Source: Octopus vulgaris
Lineage: Eukaryota
DNA: 64,000 nucleotides
Direction: 5' to 3'
NCBI GenBank assembly: GCA_951406725.2
Contig: OX597828.1
Location: 4,402,001 to 4,466,000 of the forward strand
A model generated the notes under the pieces. The model saw only the letters and a program-made list of their open reading frames with translations. It ran no database searches and was not told the DNA's origin. The number at the start of each line of letters is the position of its first letter. Position 1 is the first letter of the stretch. The translations under genes and the position numbers were made by a program. This document shows positions 24,261 to 37,797 of this stretch, in pieces.

Positions 24261-27200
24261 TATCCATTTTCACAATTTGACTAATTTTAGTTTATGACGA
24301 TGAAATAGCATGTTACTACAGGCAAATACAGTACCAATGACTTCATGTCGGTTAGAAACATTTAGTTATGTTTTTACCCGCATAATTGATCTTTGTACTT
24401 CTCTCTTGAAATTTTCTCTCTCATCACTACCTTTTGTACCATCTTCTTTCCTTGCCAAGATCTTTCACATCAGCGTTTACATGTTCTAGAAACCATACTC
24501 CTCTTGAATGTAGTATTAATATATCTATCGAATCCGAACACAATTTTGATATTCATTTATTCGACATCTTCAAATCTTCTCGATATTTTTCTGATGCCAT
24601 TATCTAGAGCCTTGTAGTTAAAATATTATTATTAGAATAAGAACCAAGTTTACAAGTATGAGGTGATAAATGTCTCACACAATCCAGATGAGGTTTGTGT
24701 TAAAGTTCACACCATCTCCCCAGATATTTATAAAACACGACTTACTTATAAGCTGACATTTCCTTTTCTATGATCTAATATTCAGCAGAATCCTTTGATT
24801 TGTAAATTCTGAAACAGTCCCTCAATTTGCTAATAGAAAATGAATGTACAAATTTTGCTTGCTATTCTTATCCTACAAACTTGGTAATCGATTTTGGCGA
24901 GAAAGATATAAATGTACAGGCCTTAATAATATTAAATACTGTTAGCATATTCCATTTATCATTTATCATTCCATATTACATTAATTGGCTCACGACAGAA
25001 ATAGAGAAGAATACATATGTATGTTTGGAAAACTGCAACCAGGAACTATTGATATAAATAAAATATTTATGTGAGAGCATTTTGCCGTTCTTCTTCAGTT
25101 TCTAATCATACTGAAATCCTGTCAGAGTCTCGAGTAATATTTAACACAATAATGTCATAAATCCTACGCCTCACTTTCGCAGCACATATTGCTAAGAGAT
25201 ACGATGTGGACTGATAAACGTACAAGATAAATATCACATTGCAGTTACTGGTTTATTGCAAATTCCAAAAATGTCTTACGTAACACCATTGACCAAGTTC
25301 ATCTATGGTTATTGCTTATAAAATATGCCAATGTTCATAATTTGGATTATTTTGACTCTATGTAATATTTGTTTTCATCTCTGAATCCGATGATATTAAT
25401 TGCAATATATAGCCATTATTAATTTGATGAAAAAAGGAAATATAACTTATCGTGATATTTTGTATATCATTACCATACATTGAAAATGGTTGATTGCGGT
25501 AATGAACAAGGGTTTAATACTATAAAATTACGGAATACTATTAGATAACAATATAACAGTTGTTATGAAATACAAAATGTGAGATAATATATATGGCAAA
25601 AGGAAGTATAAAAAATAAAATATAAGTATGTAAAAATATATTAAAGTATAAAAACGAAAAGTAGCTGATTCATGTTATTTCTATAATGCTCAGAAACTAC
25701 TAATAAATCGTTTAATTAATGAATTCAATGATTTTAATTTATACGATTTCTAGCTTAAGCGTGTAACGTACATTTGTACGAAATGGTCATGAACCTGGGG
25801 TTTTCGTGATCGAGAATTGAGTAATAAACTTCAGGCAATGTTTGATCTGAATCCTTTCGGGAAAATGAACTATTCGAAACAAAATGTATATTCGTGAAAT
25901 ACATTTATTCAGTTTTCTGTTCTCATATATATATATATATATATACAAGAGAGAAAATGAGATGTCAGAGCATTAAATATATGCATATACACTCATTCAC
26001 ACATTACTACTTAATCTTTAAAACCTACTACTGTAATATAATTAACTGTGTATGAAATGAAATGGCTCCTGTAACTGTATACTTGCCCAAAACACTGAAG
26101 AGCTTCATGAAAAATAAGAGTTGCTACTCTTGACATATTGCTTATCTCTGTTCACTTTTTTTCAAAGATGGTGTCCTAATGACCGCAGAAATGTTTTCTC
26201 TATATACGGTGACAATCGTTTGATCACGAAACCGGTACTTATTTAACTTGTAATGATGTAATGTCCTAATATGATGCTAATATCACCATAAATTTTAGTA
26301 TACAAACGTTCTGTGACTCTTATATTTCTTTTCTTTCTTATATACCTATTCCAGAGTGTATACAGAACTTTCCATTCTTCAATATATATATATACAGTAG
26401 TAATTGAAATTTAATAACCGTTCATAGAGTGACCTTTGATTTCGCAACTATAATGCTGCTCATCAGACTCAAATGGCCTAAGCGCATGACCTCTCTGCTA
26501 CTGGATGAAGAAATACGTCAGGAGCAATTAGATTTGTGAACAAAAATTTGTCCGTTACAGAATTCTGTAAATGACAGGACTGTCCTAACTAGAATGCTTT
26601 GTATCTGAATCCCACTCGATAAGATTTGCATCTAAATCAACAATAACCAAAGCTCTGAATATATAGTAGTTAAATGACAAAACTAGTATATATCTTACAT
26701 TAAGTCCAAATGCCATTTAGAACAATTAAACTTAAAATACTTTCTTCACCTATAGCACGTGAGGACATAGAAGCAGTATTGACATGTACGAAGATCTCGT
26801 AGGTGTTTAACTTCTTACTAACTCTGATTAACGGGAGTTGTGATTTTTTCCACTAATGATTATTTGGTAATTTTGTAGGCATACCCATTTCAGCATATTG
26901 TTAGGTTCATTCTATTTTCAATTATTTCCAAAACAGGTGGTTGTTATTCAAAGGAGCGTAGCTAGCCATCTAAATAGTGTCGATCGATGGTATAGTACCA
27001 CAATTTTTGTTGTTTTCTAAAGCTGTAGAGCCAAATGTGAGTGATATATTTACATACACCATGTTCTTATTCTTCTACTCATTTCTCGGATCTTCTAAAT
27101 TGTAATTAGATATATGACTCAGAATAAATAAATATATAATGACGAAACTTATATAGATAAAACTTTAATGCAAAATGAATGTAACCGATTTGCTTATTTT

Positions 27201-27278
27201 TCTACATTTTGAATTATTTGCTATTAAATCTGCTAAAATAGGAATGAGAAACATACTTTTATGACTCTTCGAGCTATA

Positions 27279-27492
27279 ATCTTCTCTACTGGAGGCACAA
27301 GGTCTCAGGTTTGTGGGGAGAGGACTAGTCAACTACATTGATCCCAGTGTTTCACTGGTACTTAATTTATCGACCCCGAAAAGATGAAAGGTAAAGTTGA
27401 CTTCGGCGGATTTCAACTCAGAACGTAGCGACGGGCGAAATAACACTAAGCATTTTGTCCAGCGTGCTAACGATTCTGACAACTGGCTGCCT
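27279..27492 (-). mobile_element. SINE family B
   Basis: actggtacttaatttatcgaccccgaaaagatgaaagg...aactcagaacg...ctggctgcc. Confidence 0.85.
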
Positions 27493-27821
27493 TACTTTGG
27501 GCTATAATATGGTAGAAATATACAATGTAAACAGAAATTGCCGCTTTTGTTCCCGTGTTACTTTAAGCAAATATATTTACGGTTAGAATGACACGATATA
27601 TCTTTAGTGAAAGGCTGCTATATCAGAATTTTTCATTTAAGACTCCGCACTTTCACATAGTGACCTTAAAGAAATATAAGATTCGGGGAAAAAACATTCG
27701 GCAAGAGAGTTTGCGTAAACTAGTGTCAAATATAAAACAATGCCGTGTTTTGAACCCGGTTTATCGTGCGTTTTAATCTGAACCGCGATTTTCCAACAAA
27801 ATAACATAAAATGAAATATTT

Positions 27822-28055
27822 TTTTTCTTTACTACCCACAAGGGGCTAAACACAGAGGGGATAAACAAGGACAGACAAAGGGATTAAGTCGATTACATCG
27901 ACCCCCAGTGCGTAACTGGTACTTAATTTATCGACCCCGACAAGATGAAAGGCAAAGTCGACCTCGGCGGAATTTGAACTTGGAACGTAAGGACAGACGA
28001 AATACGGGTGCGCATTTCGCTCGGCGTGCTAACGTTTCTGCCAGCTCGCCGCCTG
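27822..28055 (-). mobile_element. SINE family B, alternative-tail subfamily, with perfect 16-bp TSD
   Basis: Near-intact head and core; ataaaatgaaatattt at 27806-27821 and 28056-28071; tail matches 62321-62400. Confidence 0.92.
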
Positions 28056-30059
28056 ATAAAATGAAATATTTGCTCTTTCATCAATATCTGAAATGTGTAA
28101 GACTAATCTGATGTAATTAATAAATGATTGCATTTAATTCAAATTTAAAGGCGAAGCAGTTTTCATGCAGAGGATTCAGTTGTGTCTAAAACGATCTTTT
28201 CCATTTAATAATACATGCCATTCGTCTGTGATCTTGATTTTATGTCTTCGAATTATAATTACACACAGGCAATATATGATGGTTCTATATATGTTCACTA
28301 TGATAAATGGAATTCGATTAAACTAATTAAATCTTATTTCAGTTAATTAATGAAATATAATTTAAAGAAGTAATATCAAAAATATAAATCACATGTGACT
28401 TGACTTACTGCAATGATATAATTATATACCTAATCCAGTATAAAACATTACAACAGTTTTAAACAAGATTTAAAGTCAGAAAATAAAAGAATTAAACATG
28501 AAATTAGAAGAATTATAAGAGAATTATAAGAAAATGATCAATGTTCTAAAGAAACACGAAACACGCATTTTTGTAACTTATACTATTTTAATTATCATAT
28601 GCATTAAACCAATCGCAATAAAATTGATTTTTAGCTTTTGAAATGAAAATTATTAAAAGATATATATGCGCATGCACACAAACACACGCACGCGCACGCA
28701 CGCACACACACACACACACATGCCCTCTCACACGCACACACGCATGCATGCGTGCATTTCAGATGAGTAGCGCGTCCCAAATCCTTTCCTTAATAGGAAT
28801 ACCGATAACCATCTTTATTTCAATTTGAATAGATTAACTTAATCTTGTTTTACGTTAATGGGAGTAGTACATATTTGGTGCTTGTGAATGGATAGAAAAG
28901 TGAGTGAATGCTCTATGAAGAAGCTCAAGTTAGAGACAGGAGGGGTAAAAACCGTATTATGGAATAGTTAGAAGTAACAAGATGTAGCTTATATAATGAT
29001 GGAAAAGTCTTGGATTCATAATCACCACTTGGAACACACCAGTATTCATAGAATTTCAGATAGACGGCAAGATAAATTTACTTCAATAGCTGAACTTACA
29101 GATGTTACTCTGTAACTGCCAATTTGCGATGGAGAGTGGATTCGTTCATGGTTATATATACTGCAGTAGTTGCATACAAAACTGTGACCGTGACATAAAA
29201 ACTGCTAAATGTACAAAAGGCGAGTGTTTGTGAGTCTTGTATGTAGAATAATAATATCAGTCTCGGAGAGAGGAGATAGGATATATATTTGTTTTATGTG
29301 CAGCTGATGTGTCAGGAGCGAGTATCTGAAGAACTTGTCAACTTAAAACACAAAGGAAAATAATCGGTGGAGTTCTTGCAAATCATTTTCTCTATAAATC
29401 CAATTTAAGTAAACAAACGTCAAGATAAGATATATGTATCTGTATATTAAAATAAACAGAGTTTGGGAAGGCAAGACACAAGATTGACAGAATCAGTAAT
29501 TCCTCAGGAAAAAAAAAAGCTTACTCTATTTATTCTGTTTTTTTAAAACTTAGTTTGATTAGCGCTAATTTAGTTTACCCAACCATCCTTCCGGGGTCAA
29601 CAAAATAACTTGAATCACAAATAATGCTGTGAAATAAAAGACAATTAATCCTTTGTAATATGCATGATACACGGGATCGTAATTCTCTACAAAGCAGTGA
29701 GGTTCTGATAACAAGTGAATTGATACACCGGTTGAAGTACACAACACTGTGATATATGCAGTACACCTTATACTGCGGCAACAAACACGGGCATACAATC
29801 TCTCTTTAGAATTTCAGACCTCATAAAATGCGAGAAAACAAAAGAAAATTAGTATGTGTTTAAAATGGTTATAAGACTGCATTATATAACATGAAAATCA
29901 TTTCCTTGTGCTTCTCAAACAATAGATTATCATAATTTCGTGGGAAAATGTAAATAATCTTAAATGCAATATATATGACATCACTTGAAGGAAAAATTTA
30001 CAGATAATATTCACATATATATCATAGCGAATTTGTGCTTGATAAAGAACATTTTATAA

Positions 30060-30220
30060 ACACACATATACATATATACATACACACACACATACATACA
30101 TACATACATACATACATACATACATACATACATACATACATACATACATACATACATACATACATGCATACATGCATACATACATATATACACATATGCA
30201 GATACATATGTATGTATGTA
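30060..30220. repeat. (CATA)n microsatellite
   Basis: Visible directly. Confidence 0.95.
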
Positions 30221-32399
30221 TATTAGCATACTCACATATATACGTAATAAATAATTCTCTACGTATGTGATACGTATGCTGCGGTTGTATGTTGTTTCAC
30301 ATGTGTACCGGAGCCCTAAAACATGTGTATTTACACAGTTCACATTATTTTATACACTCACACAGACACATGTTTCTGTGTGTTTTTGCGTTTATATACC
30401 CCATTCAATTATAGTATACCTAACAATATATTTCATTTAATTATATATATAACCATTTTACTGAATACTTTATTTATGTTTTTCCATAACAGTCTTGAAT
30501 TTGCAGTCACTTTAATTTTAAACTGCATTCATATTGAGGAATCGATTTATAATTTGATTGAATTTTGCCCACTTAGGAAAACAAACACAATTTGATGTGA
30601 TTGTTCCTTAAAATACACAGCAAGTGAATTTTACTTTTAGCAAATGTATATCTATATTTTAATTTTTGTTTAAATATTGAATATACTCATCACTTCTGTA
30701 AATAATAGATATAATATTGGACAATGTACATTTAATTTTCTTAGCTATTTTTTTTAAAGTGACGTTTATTGGCCTTCATTATAGAACATTACTGATAATT
30801 CCTCTTGGCGATTTTGTTGAGGCTCATAAATATTTATCAGTCCTTATACATTTTATGTTTGGCAGTATGGAATTTTCAGAGATTATGTTGTTTCAGTTGT
30901 TACGTACCATCGGGAGATATTCTGACATCTCGATCGCAGTAATGGTTTCTAAAACATTCTGTTTTTTTATTGTAATTTTTCATGAATCCGAGGTTACTAA
31001 AGAACGTTCACCATAAACGCCCCTGGATAAGTTGTACATGATAGAAGCTGTTAAAAGAAACAAAAGACTATATACAATGCATATTAAGTCATTGAAGACG
31101 TCGAATAATATGTAAGTTTTCATTCTTTTCTAGTGGAATGAAGAGGCGTTATTGAGCAATAAGCAAGCTATATGAAAATATATGGTTATTATTTGATTTT
31201 CATTGCATGATTTTTCAGAACATGTATTCATTGTTCAAGATAACAGACATGAAGTAATATTATGCATAGTTTCTAATGAATGAACCTTAACCTGACAATT
31301 AGGATCAACGTTTTATGATGAAAATAATATCAAAATTGGTTTTAATATAATGCCTTATGCCTACTTTGAATTACTCAATATATAAAATAACAGCTGCTAC
31401 GTATGACTATTTCAATGAAAAATTTTTTTTTCATCTACCAAAATCTATTATCCGTACATTTTTCTCGTCACGACGGTGATTGTTTCAGTAAAAACAAACG
31501 AGTGTGATGAGTAATATTGGAATTGTGGAATACTATAAGAGCATGTTTGAAGTTATCAAAGAGGACTATAACTGTTAACTTGATTAAAAGTAAATTTAAG
31601 TTTTTGAATAGAAAGCAGGCTTCTTTTCCTTCTGATTACTATGATGATTATTGTACAGCTTCATTGTTATGTCTCAGTAATTTCAGATTGAGAATGATAT
31701 TGTCCTGTCTTATACATGCTGTGTAGAAAGTTAATGCCCAGCAGATACACATGCGAAAAGGAGGCTCTATTCGCCAATCGACTACTACAGGAATGCAAGA
31801 ATACATACCACACGTCTAGTTTTAAATTTAGTAATAAATTCAGATTAAATCTTCTAGAAATAAGGTTGCTAATAAAAGTAGCGAAAAATTATTAAAAATA
31901 AGAACTTAAGTGTAGATGTAGTAATAATAGATGATTCCAGTGATTGTTTTTCACATATTACATACATATAACATGTTGAGGTAAAACTATAATAGAGAGA
32001 GATTGAGTAATCACCACTAGGTAGACGGCCGAAATCTGAAGACATGCTATGACGTACAAGGATAACATGGGCCCTAAAAGGGTGACTAAAATCACGCAAT
32101 GTGAAACATTCCCTAAGCTGAGGATCAATTTCGTTCTTGCTTTGTGTCCGTACTGTATGTCATTACCTTATCTATTTTGAAAATCTATCAAATACTTTAT
32201 TGTTCATCTCATATAAAGAAGTGGAAGAATCGTTAAACATTCAGGAAAAAGCTTTGATTTTCGTCCACCGATTTCAAATTTACCTTTCACTATTTTGGAG
32301 TCGATGAAAATAAAGAATCACGCAAAAAAATAAAGACCATGATATAGACTCACCTCATGCTCCCAAATTTTCTGGCTTTGCATCTATCTTACAGTTAGC

Positions 32400-32710
32400 A
32401 TCTATCTTACAGCAAGACCTGGAAATAGAGGTAACTAGAATGTGGAATCTGAAAACAGAAACAATTCCTATCATAGTAGGTGCATTAGGCATGATAAAAA
32501 AATATTCAGACAAATACATAACAAAAACACCAGGACTTATAAATACATATAACATACAGAAAATTGCACTACTAGGCACTGCACACATCCTACGCAGAAC
32601 ACTTTCCATACAATAACCATCAGAGCATCACAACAAATCACAGCACATACCCAAGGCACACAGAGCTGCGCTCGGTAGTCAAGTGAAAGCACGCTATAAA
32701 AATAAAACTA

Positions 32711-32714
<4 letters not shown>
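32400..32714 (+). mobile_element. R4/Dong-like extreme 3' fragment with (AAT)n tail
   Basis: DLEIEVTRMWNLKTETIPIIVGALGMIKK...IQKIALLGTAHILRRTLSIQ* then UTR and (AAT)n at 32715-32783. Confidence 0.85.
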
Positions 32715-32757
<43 letters not shown>

Positions 32758-32783
32758 CAACAACAACAACAATTATAATAATA

Positions 32784-33141
32784 AACGCCCTGATGCAGTA
32801 CTAGGCAGTGGCTCTCATGGCTTTTTATCTTAACTGATTGGAGGTGTTATCATGTACATTGTTTTGTTTTGGTATAAAAGATGGGCTAACAGCAAATATT
32901 CTGCTCAATACCACAGATTTGTTTGTCAATTGCTTGACCGTAACCATCTGACCATGTTCCGTAGTGAGGGAGCATAATAGCCATGTGTTGAGAAGAATTC
33001 TTTGGAGTTTGGACAATTTACCTTCGGAAACATGGGTGTTTCGTTCAACATCCTTAAACAATCCTTATTCAGGGATCTTTTGAGTGGGATGGGTTACTCG
33101 ACCTGAAGAAAATTCTAATTGGGCCCCACCTGCAAAGTCAT
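32784..33141 (+). mobile_element. Non-coding AAT-associated element, homologous to 15193-15718
   Basis: Reverse-complement similarity to 15365-15718; starts directly after (AAT)n. Confidence 0.7.
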
Positions 33142-34345
33142 TCGGACAGAATAAGATTTAAGCTATCAACACCTGGGTGGTTTCACTCCTTAGATGTGGA
33201 GCAGGGTTAATCTTATGGACAGTAGACGAACTAAATAGCTTAGACACAAAGACAAGGAAGTTGCTAACAAGATATGGGACACTCCGCCCAAAAATTGACA
33301 CAGACAGACTTTATGTACCAAAAAAAAAAAAAAGAGTGGGAAGAGTACTTATTGCATGGGAACACAGCATTAAAGCAGAATAAAAAAAACCACATAGCAT
33401 GGTATGTAACAACTTCCACACAGCAATTATTATTAGAAGAAGGTCAGGCTTGTGTAGAATGAAATATTGCAAAAATAAAGCACGGTACAAGCAATTGGAA
33501 ACGAATGAAACTGAAAATAGGTGAGTAAAGAAAAGAATGCATGGTCAATTTTATAGGGATGTTGAAGATAAGACAGACAGAGAAAAAATATAGCTGTGGA
33601 TGACAAAAAGGGATTTAAAACCGGAAACGGAGGCTCTAACCTGTGCTGTCCAAGAGCCAGCACTAAGAACAGACTACAAAGAATACATGATAAACAACAC
33701 AGAATCTGTGGACAAAATGGCAAATCCGTGTGGCATATTACCACTCAATGTACGTCACTAGTCAGAAGGAATAGAAGAGACGCCACGAGAATATAGCCAG
33801 GCTTGTCCATTTGGACACTTTGCAGCAAGTATGGACTTGACAGAGCAAAACTTTGGCACGACCACAAGCCCGAAGGCATCGTCGAAAAAAAATGCAAAAG
33901 TTCCTAAGGGATTTTATGATTCAGTGTGATCATGAGATAGAGAATAGGAAGCCAGACAGTCTTAATTGAGAAAGTAAACAAACTATGTTGGATCATAGAT
34001 ATAGCATGCCCAGCTGACAACTAGGTATGCGATAAGGAAGAAAGAAAAGTCGATATATATGACAGGTTAGCTTGGGAAGTTAAGCAGTTGTGGTCGATGA
34101 AAAACGTAGCAGTAGCACCATTAACTGTCGAAGCCCTGAGAACAGTGAGCAAAAATCTCGAGAAGTAAGTGGAACAAATAGAGGCTGCAATAAGAGTGGA
34201 GCACTTACAGAAAACAACACTGTTTGGAACCGCCCGAATACTCCGGAAAGTGCTCGAAACAGAGGTGTTACCTTAGTTCACCGGTAGTGAACAGCTGATA
34301 CCACAGCACATCTTCAGCGTTAGAAACTGGGCAAAGGCAATGACG
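33142..34345 (+). mobile_element. R4/Dong-like LINE 3' fragment (post-RT region, CCHC, endonuclease), decayed
   Basis: AINTWVVSLLRCGAGLILWTVDELNSLDTKTRKLLT..DTDRLYVPKK..GRVLI; MHGQFYRD; RICGQNGKSVWHITTQC; DFMIQCDHEIENRKPD; IIDIACPAD; (AAT)n tail from about 34346. Confidence 0.9.
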
Positions 34346-34416
34346 ATAATAATAATAATAATAGTAATATAATAATAATAATAATAATAATAATATTAAT
34401 AATAATAATAATAATA

Positions 34417-34447
<31 letters not shown>

Positions 34448-34469
34448 CAACAGAATCAATGTGAAAGAA

Positions 34470-34605
34470 GAAACAATAAACATTTATGCCGATTTGGAGT
34501 GTGAAATACGATGATTGTGGTCAATGAAAAGAGTAGACGCGATACCAACAGTAATTGGTGCACTTAGAAATATCAGCACTCAACTACCAACATGGCTGCA
34601 AAAAA
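34470..34605 (+). mobile_element. Short R4/Dong-like fragment
   Basis: YADLECEIR*LWSMKRVDAIPTVIGALRNISTQLPTWLQKIG, similar to 11960-12085. Confidence 0.7.
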
Positions 34606-34699
34606 TCGGACACTATGAGCTTTAATCCCAATGAATTCAGCCCATCACCTTAGTCAAAATACTAACCACTGGGCTACACATTCTCACATATTCTTTTGT

Positions 34700-35098
34700 T
34701 CTTTTTTCCTTTACTTGTTTCAATCATTTGACTTTGGCCATGCAGGAGCACCGTCTGAAACGAATTTTTATTGGAAGACGTCTCTCCAGGATTTATTCTT
34801 TGTAAGCCTAGTACTTATTCTATCGATTTCTTTTGCCGAACCGCTAGATAACGGGGACATAAACACACCAGCACTTGTTGTCAGCCGGTGACGGGGGTGG
34901 GGGACAAACACAGATACAACACCAAATACACACACAGATACAACAGGCTTCTTTCAGCTTCCGTCCAGCAAATCCACTCACAAGGCTTTGGTCAGGATAT
35001 AGTATAAAACACATGCCCAACGTACCACACAGGGGGAGTGAAGCCGGAACCACGTGGACGGGAAGCAAGCTTCTTACCGCACAGCCACGCCTGCACCT
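34700..35098 (-). mobile_element. SINE family A, full length
   Basis: Reverse complement begins taggtgcaggcgtggctgtgcggtaagaagcttgcttccc and ends ...gattgaaacaagtaaagg; colinear with 51166-51550. Confidence 0.9.
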
Positions 35099-36214
35099 AT
35101 ACATATTTTATGAATAAACGAGATTTCCCTCTGCGCATTTCGTGGCACTTTTTTCTTGTTATAGGCCGAAAATCTTTTTTGAATAAAGCGAAGACATTTC
35201 TTCATAAGATTCACTTTGCTTAATATTACTTTACATTTTACTATTGCAGTGCACCATTTTAATTTTGGTTGCATTTCGATTTCACTACAAAGATCGTCTT
35301 TGGCTTTAAAATTTTGATCGCTTTGTGTCCTATTCATCTTTACAATTTTCTGCAATTTATTGTTCATACATTACGTCATACTTTTGAGCAAACCAAACAA
35401 GTTGCTTTATAGAAACAGAACCGACATTTTCCTCTGTCGACTTAAGAAAGCACTAATCTTCACCATTCCAGATCCTCAAAAACCTGCTGATTATAAAGAC
35501 CAGAAAGACGACACAACGAAACCACAATAGTTGCTAACATTCGCTTCATTTAACATTTGACTTTTTTTTTACTCACATTTGTTTGAAGTTTCGGTTTTCT
35601 TTATATATTAATTTTGTTGGAGCGGTTCTGTGATCAGTATTACACTTATCAGCGGATTACCAAGTATATGAACAGCGTACGTGTGATCTACGTGTTCTAA
35701 AACCAGCTTCTCCCTCTTTAGTAATGCTCACACTCCGACTCCTTTGCATGATGAAATACTCAAAGTTCGTTGCAGTGAAATACTACTTTCCTCGTTACAT
35801 TCTATGAACCATGAGCATAAAGTCCTTCTGGTTGGTGTCTTTGAATCTCGTTCTGGAAGGGATCAAGAACTGTGGAGTGGGTGGGTAAAACAAATTTCAA
35901 AACTGAGTGGCATTCAGAATTCGGCTTTAAAAATGTTTTTATCAAAAGAGAAGACAAAAAAGAAAAAGAAAAAACTGTATCGATGTATACCAGGAGATAG
36001 CCTTGCAACATATTTGATCTTCTAATCCCTCACAACAGATATTTTTTATGTGTAGTTCCCAATAAGATTTGCAGCTGCTTGTTGAATAAACACAAACTGG
36101 TTCCCCTATTTTCATATATAAACACAAAAGGAGCTGTATGTGAAGTTTTATATATGTGTATATGCATAAGGTTACCTGTCTCTATGCTTCTCTCTCACTC
36201 TTTTTCCTTTACTG

Positions 36215-36270
<56 letters not shown>

Positions 36271-37797
36271 GTATATATATATTTATATATGTATATATAT
36301 GCACATGCATATATCGCATATTACACATACATACACACACATAAATACTCACGCACACGTATATATATCATAGTTACCAACTTTAGGATGCAAACCTTAC
36401 GCTACTGAATAAGCGTTGATACATATGTTGATATGAAACCAACATTTCCTGCTTTTGCTTTAGTTGTATTTAGTAATGAATTTATTTTCCAATGTCCAAG
36501 AAGTTTGTCTCTCGGTTTGTTATTAATTTATACATACATATAAGCACATAAGTAAGTACTTCTATACACATACATTCACACACACACATATATATTTATG
36601 TATATATATATATAGATATATAGATAGATATATAGATATATATACACATATCTGTATATTTGTGTGTACGGTTGTACACTCATGTTTATACATTGTTTCA
36701 TTCTATCATATGTATAATAATCTTTGTTCATATGTGTGTCTTGGAAACTTATTTAATACTTTCGTCAAGAAATATAATTTATATCATAAATGAAAAAGAA
36801 AAACAATTCTCAGAATATCCTTATCGACATCCTGGCCATGGCATTGCTATATCGGTATTGTTATTAAAATGAGAAAAGGTGATAGATAACTAGCTGGAAT
36901 ACTAACATAACACCCTGCTAATGTTAACATTTATGCATTACTTTTCTTTTCGTATTTTCTTAGCAGCATTGACATATCAATTCAAAGATAGTAGCAATAC
37001 AAAAGCATATATATGTCTACAAAATATTAAAAAAAAACATAAGCAAGATTTAGCTAAAAAGTATCAGACTTGAGAAGTAATATCACGTTTTTGATAAACA
37101 GCATATATTTCAGAACAAACAGCATCTGAAAACGATGTGCATATAAATATATGCTTATATTTCAGACGGTAGATAATGCAGATGTCACCATTTTTCATGC
37201 TATAAACATTCTCTATATTTAAGATGTAATTGTATTCTAGTTTGTTTCTGTCATGTGTATATTTATAAGGCGATATGTATGTACGATATAATTTTAAAGT
37301 TGCTGAACAAAGTTTGAAAGCTGTCTATACATAAGAAATAATTCTGATTATTAATTTCCTGCTGCAGTAAATATCTCATATTTTACACATATATGCATAT
37401 TTAAACGCATTAATACACATGCCTATACAATCATAAATGCATATTAATATGTTTTGTACGTGTGGTGTTTATTTCTGTGTGCGTTTGTATGTGTAAATGC
37501 GAATGTTCATTTTTGGTATAATATCTGGCAGTCATAGTTTACGGAACGTAGGGTGATGTAATTAAACGAGTTTCTCCAAGTCGCTACATCCTCTACCTTA
37601 TGATATATGAAAGATATCACGCTATCATGCTAAACTAAATGAGATAAATCCCTATATTATTTCGTAGGATCTATCAACACACACAAGAGCAGGTTTAATA
37701 CGTTTTACAATGCCACTTGATCGGATTTAATCATCGGTAAGTAACGAGTTAATAAGCCCAAAACGTCATATGTGCTGTCGAAAGTTAATTTCAATAT

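Noticed and set aside
28850-29340. Purine-rich stretch suggestive of an old LINE
   Set aside because: No motif was clear enough to assign
30960-31116. Possible host exon ending in GTAAGT
   Set aside because: No convincing acceptor site or open frame; it cannot be supported without transcript data
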